Assembly: GCA_963662435.1 (NCBI GenBank)
Contig: OY759598.1
Location: forward strand, 3,442,507 to 3,506,506
Direction: 5' to 3'
DNA from: Dehalococcoidia bacterium
Lineage (GTDB): Bacteria > Chloroflexota > Dehalococcoidia > Lucifugimonadales > VXLM01
Length of the DNA: 64,000 nucleotides
Shown: one piece after another, positions 21,373-30,807 of the stretch
How the letters are laid out: each line of letters begins with the position of its first letter
Position numbering within the stretch: position 1 is the first letter of the stretch
The notes under the pieces: model-generated
What the model was told of the DNA's origin: nothing
Databases searched by the model: none
Seen by the model: the letters and a program-made list of their open reading frames with translations, nothing else
Translations under genes and position numbers: made by a program

Positions 21373-21668
21373 AAGGTCACCTCGCTGCAGGCCGTCTACC
21401 GGCCAGAGAAGTCGTGTGGAGGCATGGCCCCCCACGCGTCCGACATGGTATCACACCGTAACACCACCTAGAACGCAGCCCGTCACACACCCCAACGACC
21501 CCCGCCCTCGCCATCAACACCCCCCTCAAAGAACCCTGCCTCAATCCCAAAAGCGAAGCCGAAGCCGCACACCACCTCCTCGAACGCCACGGGTGCCTGG
21601 ATGTAGACTCGCTAGCGCTTAAGCTAAGTTACACAGAGATCCATCAACCAATTGTGTTTCCTATTGCT

Positions 21669-22559
21669 TCAGATTTCGATGCACTCTATCGGCGTTCCGT
21701 CCGACCCAACCCGACCGCGATACCAACTCTCCTCGTTTGACCGTACGTACCACTGATATTGGTATTGGGCCCCTACACATTCAAACCCTCTCTCTTGTTC
21801 CTCGGCAACTACGGCATTCACCCTCTCGCGGATCTCCGACAGCGAAATGGTATTCGCCGGCACTTCCACCGTATATGGGCCACGGAGCGGGTCTACAAAG
21901 TGTGGATTTTGGTCGCTGCTAATGCCTTCAGCTTGCAGCAGCCATTGTGATCCGTCGTTCCAGTCCCTACCCAATCCATACGTCTGTGCAAATACGCCGA
22001 TGCCGACTGTGGGAGGTGGAGTAGGAATCGACTTATCTTGGAATTTGACTTTCGCTCTCGGCGTGTGGAATCCAATGTACTCCGATAGGAACACGATTAG
22101 TTCGCCGGGGCCAAAGAACTCTTCAAGGTCGGCACTTAGCTTCGCGAGTGCTTCTTGGTCACGAGCATCGTTTTCGACGTACTCGCAGAAGTAGCCAACC
22201 TCTATGGTCCCCATGACCGTCGGGGGCACGAAATATCCCTGCTTCAACTGCTCTAAGATGTTAAATTTGAGCCTGACTTTTCCAAGATCAATGCGATTGT
22301 TCCGAGCCCTGCTAGGCAAATCGTACGATACCGATTCCAGACGAACCCTCAACACACCCACGGCTCCGGCTATGCGCTCTTCGAAGGTGGGACTGAGTAG
22401 GTACGGCTTAGCGACGGGTGCGCCAGTAGGCCAGTGAGCCACGCAGTCTAGATCGCCTACATCCGCCTTGGCCCTCTGAGCCGAGTCAGCCTGTTCGTAT
22501 TCGCCGAACCAACAACCAGCTAGCACTACGAGCGACAACAGAAGAATAACAGTACGCAT
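21669..22559 (-). CDS. Hypothetical lipoprotein
   Basis: Lipobox VLAGC, GGAGG RBS; weak similarity to 22790-23698. Confidence 0.7.
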   Translation of the reverse strand: MRTVILLLSLVVLAGCWFGEYEQADSAQRAKADVGDLDCVAHWPTGAPVAKPYLLSPTFEERIAGAVGVLRVRLESVSYDLPSRARNNRIDLGKVRLKFNILEQLKQGYFVPPTVMGTIEVGYFCEYVENDARDQEALAKLSADLEEFFGPGELIVFLSEYIGFHTPRAKVKFQDKSIPTPPPTVGIGVFAQTYGLGRDWNDGSQWLLQAEGISSDQNPHFVDPLRGPYTVEVPANTISLSEIRERVNAVVAEEQERGFECVGAQYQYQWYVRSNEESWYRGRVGSDGTPIECIEI

Positions 22560-22789
22560 GACGTACCTCCATATCAGGTTGTCCCCCTCAATGCGCCCCA
22601 ATGCTATAGGGGCACTAACTATCAGTCAACGACTGGTAGAATGAAAGAGACTCGGCGAGGCCTACTGCAAATGGGCTCTCAGTGTGGGAAGCGTCGCCCT
22701 TCGGTTTGAGATCGTGGCGAATGAAGAATCGAGGCTGACAAGGCGTATGGCATAGGAACATATGAGGGGGAGAAAGTTGAGACTGCGGA

Positions 22790-23698
22790 ATGCGCGTCAT
22801 ATCAGCCGTACTTTTGTTGATGGCGTTGCTATCATGCGGAGACGATGGGCCTGAACTTAACTCGGATTCGTTAACTCCGACTCCGACGTGGACTGCTTCA
22901 GAGAAAATTACGGCGGCGACGAGTGTAGCCCTAGCACGTGAGCCGTTCAGTGCGTCAGAGAACTGCAAGTTAGCCCGGGAGCAGTCGGCGGGTTCTGATT
23001 TCGTTACAGTTGAGCAAAATGAACAGGGCTGGCCCGCCTGGGAAGAGCGTTTCCTGGATGTCGACGTGGTCGTGAGGGCAAAGCTGCACTCAAGCCATTC
23101 TGGAATCACAAGCATACGGGGTGGCAAGGACGGTGAGAGACACTACCCGGCCATCGCCATGAACTTTCGAGTCTTCGAGATATTCAAAGGATCAGTCGTT
23201 CTCGATTACATAGTCGTCTGGCAGGTTGGATGGGATTACTATCGAAGCCACGCTGACGCCGCACAGTGCGTCCGGCCTGAAGATGTCGCCGCCCTCCGCG
23301 AGGAGTACGCATATCTTGACGACAGAGAGTCGATCTTGTTTTTGAAGAGGGCTTACAGATTGGAATGGCTTGATTGGTGGATCCCGTCGTCGGGTGACAA
23401 CTACTTCCTTGCGAGGCTGCCGAGCGGCTTAGAACCGGCGGATCTTCTTGAGGACGAGCAATGGCGTTGGCTCCCCCACTACGATGGGGACAGCTTCTAC
23501 AACAAGAAGTATTCAGCGGATAGTCTTGACACAGAAACCAAAGGCACCGTCACGACGCAGGAACTCCGGGAAGTCGGCGACAAGATCGAAGAGCTGCAAT
23601 ACACCCACGACTTGGATTGCGTCTACGAAGCATACAAGCGGGCCCGCAACTTCGACGAAAACCTCGAAGAGTTGATGATGGCCTGCACTCGCGAGTAG
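22790..23698 (+). CDS. Hypothetical lipoprotein
   Basis: Lipobox ALLSC; 302-aa ORF. Confidence 0.7.
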   Translation: MRVISAVLLLMALLSCGDDGPELNSDSLTPTPTWTASEKITAATSVALAREPFSASENCKLAREQSAGSDFVTVEQNEQGWPAWEERFLDVDVVVRAKLHSSHSGITSIRGGKDGERHYPAIAMNFRVFEIFKGSVVLDYIVVWQVGWDYYRSHADAAQCVRPEDVAALREEYAYLDDRESILFLKRAYRLEWLDWWIPSSGDNYFLARLPSGLEPADLLEDEQWRWLPHYDGDSFYNKKYSADSLDTETKGTVTTQELREVGDKIEELQYTHDLDCVYEAYKRARNFDENLEELMMACTRE

Positions 23699-23744
23699 TA
23701 GGGCCAATGCCTCACGACTCCGTCACGGTGCCACCCCCAACACC

Positions 23745-24638
23745 CTACCCCTCCCCCACATCGATCACCACCCGACAGTGGTCGCTCGACCCCCACTCTT
23801 CAACCTCGTTCAACGCCCGCACCTTCACACTCTCATGAAACCCGCGCGATGCGAACACGTGGTCAAGCTGGGTGGAGGCGCCGGCTGGAGTGTTCGTCGC
23901 CGCATGGTAATACGTTGGCACGTCCAGTGACTCCTCATTCAAGTGTGCAGGTATGGGTTCGGCTCGACGACCGGCGGGATATTGGGGACCCATGTAGTCC
24001 AACCCCAGGGTCAGGAACCGGTCCAGAACGGTCTGCGCCCTATCATTGAATTCATCAGAGCTGTTGAACGACATGTTCAAGTCCCCGGCAGCCAATATGC
24101 GATGCTTTGACGGACGGTCGTAATAGCCAATGAATGTCGACAAGTCGGAGATGATGCGGTGAGCGGAGGCATCGGAGTAGATCCAGTCTCCGGTTGCAGT
24201 GGGATGCGGTCCCAACCACCGCCCATACATCGAAACTGCAATGAACGGCTCAATTGAGCCGTCCTTCGGCGTGACTCGTGCCACAGTAATCGTACCTATA
24301 CCACTTACTGCTATCTCATCCGGGTCATCGCCCCACACCGGGCTATTCTGCTTGAACCACTCCACTTCCACCCGGTCCGACAACTTCACCACCATCGGCC
24401 ACCGGTCGAACAGCGCCTTCCACCCGCGCCCGTGCCACCAGTCCGAATTCCACGAATGCGAGTCCCACGCCTCTCGCGGACCGATGTCTATTGGGCCGAC
24501 TTCCTCCGGCGGCGGCGCCGCCTCCTGCAGCAGAGCAACATCCGCGTCCATCCGCACCAACTCACGCCACGGCTCTTGTCTCTTCGCAATGTTCCAACTG
24601 ACTACCGTTACTCCCATTTCACCCTCCTCCTCCTCCAC
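23745..24638 (-). CDS. Endonuclease/exonuclease/phosphatase-family protein
   Basis: SWNI, LLQE, AGDLN, LDHVF and SDH motifs. Confidence 0.88.
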   Translation of the reverse strand: MEEEEGEMGVTVVSWNIAKRQEPWRELVRMDADVALLQEAAPPPEEVGPIDIGPREAWDSHSWNSDWWHGRGWKALFDRWPMVVKLSDRVEVEWFKQNSPVWGDDPDEIAVSGIGTITVARVTPKDGSIEPFIAVSMYGRWLGPHPTATGDWIYSDASAHRIISDLSTFIGYYDRPSKHRILAAGDLNMSFNSSDEFNDRAQTVLDRFLTLGLDYMGPQYPAGRRAEPIPAHLNEESLDVPTYYHAATNTPAGASTQLDHVFASRGFHESVKVRALNEVEEWGSSDHCRVVIDVGEG

Positions 24639-24689
24639 AGTACTTCAGGAGAATCTTACCCCATACTTCTGTGTTCCACCCCCTGACAT

Positions 24690-24718
24690 TTGACAAATAA
24701 GAACACATGTACTACACT
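24690..24718 (+). promoter_or_regulatory. Sigma-70-type promoter with a LexA-like box
   Basis: TTGACA-17 bp-TACACT with GAAC-ACAT-GTAC in the spacer. Confidence 0.6.
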
Positions 24719-24777
24719 ACTCATTAGCAGCCACAGGCCACCGCAAAACTTTACAATAACGAGGAAAATGTCACAAA

Positions 24778-25236
24778 ATGCCACAGGACGTCACAAATTC
24801 CGAAAAAGAACTCTCCGAAAGACAGGAGCTCGCAATCCCCCATCTCGTCTCCGCCAAATCGGCCAGCGAGACCGCCGACCTCGTGGGTGTGAACCGCAGG
24901 ACCATCTACCGCTGGATGGACGACCCCACATTTCGCGAAGAGTATGACAGGCAGCGGGACGACGTCGCCAACTTCGCTCGGGCAGGCATGAGGTCTCTCA
25001 TGCTCAAGGCCTTGTCAGTCCAGGCCGAGCGCTTCGATTCCGACGACCCCAAGGAGCGCGCCCGTGTTGCCAAGGAAATTATCGACTACGACGCGAAGAC
25101 GGCCGCCAACCACGAGAACCAGAAGACCATCAACCGCCTGCACAGCATCATCTACAACACAGACAACCGGATGCTTGACCAGCCCACGATCAATTCCGAG
25201 ATCGATCTATTCCTGCAGTCCCAAGGGCGTCCCTGA
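24778..25236 (+). CDS. Helix-turn-helix protein (phage terminase small subunit-like HTH)
   Basis: LSERQELAI...ETADLVGVNRRTIYRWMDDPTF. Confidence 0.7.
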   Translation: MPQDVTNSEKELSERQELAIPHLVSAKSASETADLVGVNRRTIYRWMDDPTFREEYDRQRDDVANFARAGMRSLMLKALSVQAERFDSDDPKERARVAKEIIDYDAKTAANHENQKTINRLHSIIYNTDNRMLDQPTINSEIDLFLQSQGRP

Positions 25237-25344
25237 CACACCCCCTTCAGAAAAACGCCCCGCGTGCTCCTCGTAGCGGCAAACCCTTGTGGTTGCCCAA
25301 GTCCCCTCAATATTTCCCCCTGCGTCCTCTGCGCTCTCCGCGCC

Positions 25345-25430
25345 GAGTCCCTCCTCCTTGCCCGCGACAACGAGCCGCTCCTTCTCGCCCGCGACAACGA
25401 GTCACTCCTCCTTGCCCGCGACGGTGAGTC
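25345..25430. repeat. 27-bp tandem repeat, 3 copies
   Basis: Unit gagtccctcctccttgcccgcgacaac with variants. Confidence 0.8.
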
Positions 25431-25472
25431 GCCCGCTATAATGGTCGACACCCATCGCACCGGAGGCATCCA

Positions 25473-26471
25473 TTGAAACGACTGGTCATCACCGGACCCA
25501 GGCAGGCGAGCTTCGACGACGTTGACATCCCCGAGTGCCCTCCCGACGGCCTCCTCGTCCGAGCCAACGTCACCGCCGTCAGCACCGGCACCGAGATTCG
25601 CGTCTACCGCTTCATCCCCGTCGACGAGGACGGCGAGTGGCTCCACGGCGGCGTGCGCTTCCCCGATGGCCCCATCGAAAACGGCTACTCCATGGTCGGC
25701 GAGGTCGCCCAGGTCGGGTCCGATGTAGCCTACTTCAACGTCGGAGACCGCGTATTCTGCGCTGGCACCCACAAGGAATACGCCATCTCCCCGGCCCGCG
25801 ACGCCATCAAGCTCCCCGACGAGGTTACTGACGAGCAGGGAGTCTTCCTCAACATCCTCGGAGTGGGCCAGCTCGGCCTCCGCCACGGCGAACCCCGGCC
25901 CGGCGAGAACGTCGCCATCGTCGGACTCGGCGTCATCGGCCTCTCGGCCATCGCCTACTGCTCCGCCTTCGGCTTCCGTACCGTCGGAATCGACTTCAGT
26001 GAGAGCCGTCGCCAGGTCGCAGCTTCCATGGGAGCCGACCTCGTCCTCGACCCCGCGGGCGACGGCCTCACCCAGCACGTCATCGACTTCTTCGACGGCC
26101 GCGGCGCCGACCTCGTACTCGAGACCGCCTCAGCCTGGCCCGCCATCCAGACCTCCCTCGAGATAGTCCGGCAGGACGGCAACGTCGTCGTCGTCGCCAG
26201 GCACACCGACTCCCCCACCTTCAACCCCGTCGGCCACCCCTACATGACCACCCGCTACACCCTCCGCGCTTCCCTCGGCTACCGCCCCAACGAACTCCGC
26301 TGGGACCGCACGAACTCCATGAAGCTCACCGCCCGCCTCATCGCCAACGGCTCCCTCCCCGTCGACCCCATGATCACCCATGAGTTCAGCTGGCAAGACC
26401 TCCCTACCGTCTACCACCGCCTCGACCAGGGCGACACCGGCATCCTCGGCGCCGTAATCCGCTGGCGCTGA
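25473..26471 (+). CDS. Zinc-binding (MDR) alcohol dehydrogenase-like protein
   Basis: VSTGTE, GYSMVG and VGLGVIG motifs. Confidence 0.88.
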   Translation: MKRLVITGPRQASFDDVDIPECPPDGLLVRANVTAVSTGTEIRVYRFIPVDEDGEWLHGGVRFPDGPIENGYSMVGEVAQVGSDVAYFNVGDRVFCAGTHKEYAISPARDAIKLPDEVTDEQGVFLNILGVGQLGLRHGEPRPGENVAIVGLGVIGLSAIAYCSAFGFRTVGIDFSESRRQVAASMGADLVLDPAGDGLTQHVIDFFDGRGADLVLETASAWPAIQTSLEIVRQDGNVVVVARHTDSPTFNPVGHPYMTTRYTLRASLGYRPNELRWDRTNSMKLTARLIANGSLPVDPMITHEFSWQDLPTVYHRLDQGDTGILGAVIRWR

Positions 26472-26482
26472 AGCCCAGAAAC

Positions 26483-26520
26483 AATCTCTCCCCCGCCGGG
26501 GGGGAGAGACAGAGAGGGGG
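26483..26520. repeat. Dispersed repeat family C (tctctcccccgccgggggagaga..cagagagggg), representative copy
   Basis: Related copies near 29023, 44578, 45629, 53650 and, inverted, 59511. Confidence 0.85.
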
Positions 26521-26741
26521 TACTCCCACCCTCCGCGTCCTCTGCAGTGAGTTCATAGCCCAGAGTCACCGCTATCGCACCGTTCGCCCTGAGCTTGTCG
26601 AAGGGCAACCCCTGCACCCACACCCGTCATACCGGCGAAGGCCGGCATCCAGAGGGGGCACTCCCCCCACATCCTGTATAATCCCCAACACCACCCGTCA
26701 ACCCCAACTCAACCCGACCCCTTACACAAAAAACACAACAA

Positions 26742-27833
26742 ATGCTGGAACGCTTCAAAGTACCCCCCGAACACCAGGTCCGCGTCCCCCACGAGTCCCT
26801 CCGCCGCACACTCTCCGCCATCTTCGCCAAGATGGGGGAGCCCATAGACAACGTCGACGCCGCCGTCGAGACCCTCGTCACCGCCGACCTCTGGGGCGTC
26901 GAGAGCCACGGCGTCTCCAACATGGTCCAGATCTACGTCGAGCGCTACGGAGACGGCCGCATTAAGGCAGACCCCAGGTGGCGCGTCCTTCGTGAGACCC
27001 CTGCCACCGCCGTTATCGACGCTGACCAGGGACTCGCCATCATCCTCGGACGCACCGCCATGAACCTCGCCGTCGAGAAGGCCAGGAAAGTAGGCGTCGG
27101 CTACGTCTCCCTCATCAACGCCGGACACTCCGGCGCGCTCGGCGTCCACGCCATGACCGCCGCCCGACAGGACATGCTCGGACTCGTCCTCACCACCGGC
27201 GGCTCGCGCATGGTCCCCACCTTCGCCGCCAAGGGTATGCTCGGCACGAACCCCATAGGCTTCGCCGCACCCGCCCGCAACGAGGCCCCCTTCGTATTCG
27301 ATGCCGCCATGACCGGCGTCGCCCAGAACAAGATCAGGCTCGCCCAGCGCATGGGCGTCCAGCTCCTGCCCGGTTGGCTCGCAGACGACGACGGCACCCC
27401 AACCATGCACGAGATCGACCCGCCCGACTCCGACGACCCGCCCATGCTCCCCTTCGCTGCAACGCGCGAGCTCGGCTCACACAAGGCATACGGCCTCGCC
27501 ATGATGGTAATGATCATGAGCACCCTCATGCCCGGCGAGCGCCCAACCATGCTGACGGGTGAGATTAGCGGAGAACATGTCTTCATGGCCTTCGACATCG
27601 AGGCCTTCGGCGACCTCGACGAGTTCAAGGACAACATGGACGGCGTCCTGAAGGCCCTCCGCGAGGCCGAGCCCGCCCCCGAACACGACCGCGTCTTCTA
27701 CGCCGGCCTCTCCGAGTACGAACACGAGCAGGACCGCCGCGCCAACGGCATCCCCCTCCACCGCGAGGTCGTAGAGTACTTCGACCACCTCGCCGCCGAA
27801 CTCCAAGTCCCCCGCCTCGAACGCCGAACTTAA
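26742..27833 (+). CDS. Ldh_2-family (malate/L-lactate/sulfolactate) oxidoreductase
   Basis: ADLWGVESHGV, GTNPI and GSHKAYGL motifs. Confidence 0.9.
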   Translation: MLERFKVPPEHQVRVPHESLRRTLSAIFAKMGEPIDNVDAAVETLVTADLWGVESHGVSNMVQIYVERYGDGRIKADPRWRVLRETPATAVIDADQGLAIILGRTAMNLAVEKARKVGVGYVSLINAGHSGALGVHAMTAARQDMLGLVLTTGGSRMVPTFAAKGMLGTNPIGFAAPARNEAPFVFDAAMTGVAQNKIRLAQRMGVQLLPGWLADDDGTPTMHEIDPPDSDDPPMLPFAATRELGSHKAYGLAMMVMIMSTLMPGERPTMLTGEISGEHVFMAFDIEAFGDLDEFKDNMDGVLKALREAEPAPEHDRVFYAGLSEYEHEQDRRANGIPLHREVVEYFDHLAAELQVPRLERRT

Positions 27834-27890
27834 CTTGCAGATTGTTAGACTACTCCGCTCATTTGATGCAGCGGGAGGACAGAGGCAAGA

Positions 27891-29009
27891 GTGTTGAATA
27901 CAACAGCAAGAATCGCGATTCTACCCGGCGATGGGATCGGGCCGGAGGTCACAGCTGCCGCGGCAAGAGTGCTCACGGTGTTGGGTGACCTACATGGTAT
28001 GAATTTCGACCTCACTGAAGCTCCGGTTGGCGGAACCGCAATCGATCAGTTGGGTGAGCCCTTGCCTTCCGAGTCCTTGTCCATATGCGAGCAAGCCGAA
28101 GCGATCCTGTTTGGGGCCGTAGGAGGTCCCAAGTGGGATCACTTGCAGATTGCAGATAGGCCTGAATACGCACTTATCGATCTCAGAAAAGAACTCGAAT
28201 GCTATGTGAACCTACGATTTGTTCGTGCGTACCCCGAACTTATGGACGTTATTCCGATCAAGGAACAGTACCTTGAGGGAGGGGTCGATATCGTAATCGT
28301 ACGGGAGCTATTGGAGGACATCTACTACGGGACCCCAAAACAACGAACGCAGCAAGGCAATGTGATTACCGCTGTGGATACCGCGTTCTACACATCCCCC
28401 GCTGTTGAACGTGTAACTGACGTTGCTTGCCGCTTGGCAAAGGAACGAAGAGGCGTCATAACAGTTGTTACTAAGCCGAATGTACTAGAGACTTCGAGAT
28501 TGTTCCTGGATGTCGCCCGTAGGCGGATAGAGGCGCATGAGTCCGTTGAGTTTAGACAAGAAATAATTGATGCTGCAGTTTTGAAGCTCATTCTTACTCC
28601 GAGAGACTTCGACGTAATCTTAACGACAAACTAGTTCGGAGATATTCTTGGAGATGAACTCGGTGTTTTCGCCGGATCATTGGGATTAATAGCATCGGCA
28701 GCGCTGAGTGATAAAGGGATCCATCTTTACGAACCCGTGCACGGCAGCGCACCTGATATAGCTGGAAGAGACATCGCGAATCCGATCGGGATGCTTAACT
28801 GTGTGAGCTTGATGCTCAGGTATAGCCTGGAAGCTCCAGAACTGGCGGTCTCGCTGGACGAAGCGATACAGCGAACGCTAGCATCGGGGTGGAGAACCAA
28901 GGACATTGCCTCTGCCGGATCGAACGTGGTGTCGACCACGCGCTTTACGGACTTGGTAATTGAACAGCTTGAAACCGAATCAAAGATAACTGATGGAAGT
29001 GCTCGCTGA
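27891..29009 (+). pseudogene. leuB: 3-isopropylmalate dehydrogenase-like gene with an in-frame TAG at 28632-28634
   Basis: LPGDGIGPEV...GAVGGPKW...TTN*FGDILGDE...EPVHGSAPDIAG, all in one frame. Confidence 0.85.
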
Positions 29010-29066
29010 AGCATTGCCTATCATCTCTCCCCCGCCGGGGGAGAGAAACAGAGAGGGGGCTGCCCC

Positions 29067-29954
29067 CTACACAACCAACCCCGCCGTCCCCACAGCCTCC
29101 CGCAGCTCGTGCAACGTGAACTCGCTCGGCGGCACGTCCGGGTGCCGCACGTTCACCGAAGTGAACACCCCTCGCAGACGCAGCGTTTCCTTGACGAGGT
29201 GCAGCGACGACGGCCCCGCCCCAAGCGTCATCACCCGCAGAAGCGGCGTCATCCGGTTGAACGCCTCAACGGCTCCCTCATCGTCGCCCGACTGGTACAG
29301 GTCCCACACCGTGCGAAAGAGGTCGGGGAAGGCCGCGTGAGGCATGATCCCAACCGAGCCGCGACGCATCTCCTCCACGAAGAACGCACCGCCCGCGCCA
29401 CCGAAGACCGTGAGCGCGTCGCCGCCCTCCTTCACGAACCCCGCGATGCTCGCAGGTGTCGGAGGGTTCTCCGCCTTGATGTACTGCACGCCCTCGATCT
29501 CCCGGGCCATCTCCCCCGCCAACGCGGGCGACACTGCCGCAGTTGGCACGTCCTGGATGAATATCGGGATCGTAGTCGCGTCCGAGACCCGGCGGTAGTA
29601 CTCCTTCGTGACATCCGCAGACACGCCCACAGGCGGCGTGACCATCGAGGCGTCAGCACCGAGCTCTTCGGCCCGCCTGCTGTACTGGACAGTCACCGCC
29701 GTACTGGGCGCTCCCGTATTGACAACCACGGGCACTCTGCCCGCCGCCTGCTCAACAACAGTCCGGATAGCCACGTCGCGCTCCGCCTCCGACAGCTTCA
29801 CCACCTCGCTTGCGAACGCGATGCCAACTCCATGCACACCGTTCTCGATGACGAAGTCCACCTCACGCCGCAGGTCCTCCTCGTCGATCCGGTCAGCCCC
29901 GTCAAACGGCGTCGCAAGTATGGGAAATAGACCCTGCATCGTCGCGGCGCCCAT
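29067..29954 (-). CDS. Dihydrodipicolinate synthase-family aldolase
   Basis: GLFPILATPF, ASEVVKLS..ER and YIKAE motifs; TGATG coupling to the upstream SDR. Confidence 0.88.
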   Translation of the reverse strand: MGAATMQGLFPILATPFDGADRIDEEDLRREVDFVIENGVHGVGIAFASEVVKLSEAERDVAIRTVVEQAAGRVPVVVNTGAPSTAVTVQYSRRAEELGADASMVTPPVGVSADVTKEYYRRVSDATTIPIFIQDVPTAAVSPALAGEMAREIEGVQYIKAENPPTPASIAGFVKEGGDALTVFGGAGGAFFVEEMRRGSVGIMPHAAFPDLFRTVWDLYQSGDDEGAVEAFNRMTPLLRVMTLGAGPSSLHLVKETLRLRGVFTSVNVRHPDVPPSEFTLHELREAVGTAGLVV

Positions 29955-30703
29955 CAGTACGTAGCCCGTCCGCCGCTGATGTCGAACACCGCGCCCGTGC
30001 TGAACGAGCACTCCTCCGACGCCAGCCACGCGACCAGCGCCGCCACCTCCTCCACCTCGCCCGTTCGCCCCATCGGTATCTTCGAGATCATGTAGTCGAT
30101 GTGCTGTTGGGTAAGCTGTTCCAGAATCCGTGTCCGCACGACCGCCGGGGTGATGCAGTTCACGCGGATGCCCGTCGACGCAAGCTCCTTGCCAACCGAT
30201 TTCGTCAGCCCGATAACGCCCGCCTTCGTCGCAGAGTAGGGCACCGCCTTCGGGTTGCCCTCCTTACCCGCGATCGACGCGATGTTGATGACCCGGCCGT
30301 AGTCCCGCTCGATCATGTGCGGGATGACGTAGTGACAGAACGAGTACACACCCCGCAGGTTCGTCCGGTACACCCGGTCCATCTCCTCGAGCGGAAGCTC
30401 CCACACGCTCGCCGAGTGCCCCGCGATCCCCGCGTTATTCACCAGTATGTCTATCCGTCCCCACCTGTCTATCGCTTGCTTGGCCGCCTGCTGTGCCGTC
30501 TCATCGTCCCCGACGTCCCCGAGCACGATCTCCGAGTCCACTCCTTGTTCCGCCAGCGCCTGCGACGCCTGCTCAGCCACGTCCGCGTTCATATCGACGA
30601 TGGTGATCTTCGCCCCTTCGCTCCCGAGCCGCTGCGCGATTCCAAAACCGAGACCCTCGCCCGCACCCGTCACGATCGCTACCTGGTCTTCAAATCTCGA
30701 CAT
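29954..30703 (-). CDS. Short-chain dehydrogenase/reductase
   Basis: TGAGEGLG, NNAG, YSATK and DISGGRATY motifs. Confidence 0.93.
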   Translation of the reverse strand: MSRFEDQVAIVTGAGEGLGFGIAQRLGSEGAKITIVDMNADVAEQASQALAEQGVDSEIVLGDVGDDETAQQAAKQAIDRWGRIDILVNNAGIAGHSASVWELPLEEMDRVYRTNLRGVYSFCHYVIPHMIERDYGRVINIASIAGKEGNPKAVPYSATKAGVIGLTKSVGKELASTGIRVNCITPAVVRTRILEQLTQQHIDYMISKIPMGRTGEVEEVAALVAWLASEECSFSTGAVFDISGGRATY

Positions 30704-30738
30704 CGATTGTCCTCTTCTCAGTAATATTGACCAAACCT

Positions 30739-30801
30739 GTCATTCCCGCGCAAGCGGGAATCCAGATGCCCCCTCTGCGTCCTCTGCGCCCTCTGCGGTG
30801 A
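30739..30801. repeat. Dispersed repeat families B (gtcattccc-n-gggaatcc palindrome) and D (ctctgcgtcctctgcgccctctgcggtga), representative copies
   Basis: Family B also near 591, 12325, 15631, 18716, 26625, 32091, 32173, 33408 and 36534; family D near 622, 25318, 26531, 36701 and 45684. Confidence 0.8.
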
Positions 30802-30807
30802 GTCCTC

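Noticed and set aside
24778..25236. Prophage inferred from the terminase-small-subunit-like HTH
   Set aside because: No large terminase, portal, capsid or integrase genes nearby
28632..28634. Pyrrolysine or genome-wide stop-codon reassignment
   Set aside because: TAG and TGA end many normal genes in the window, the position is normally Leu/Met, and no pyl genes are seen
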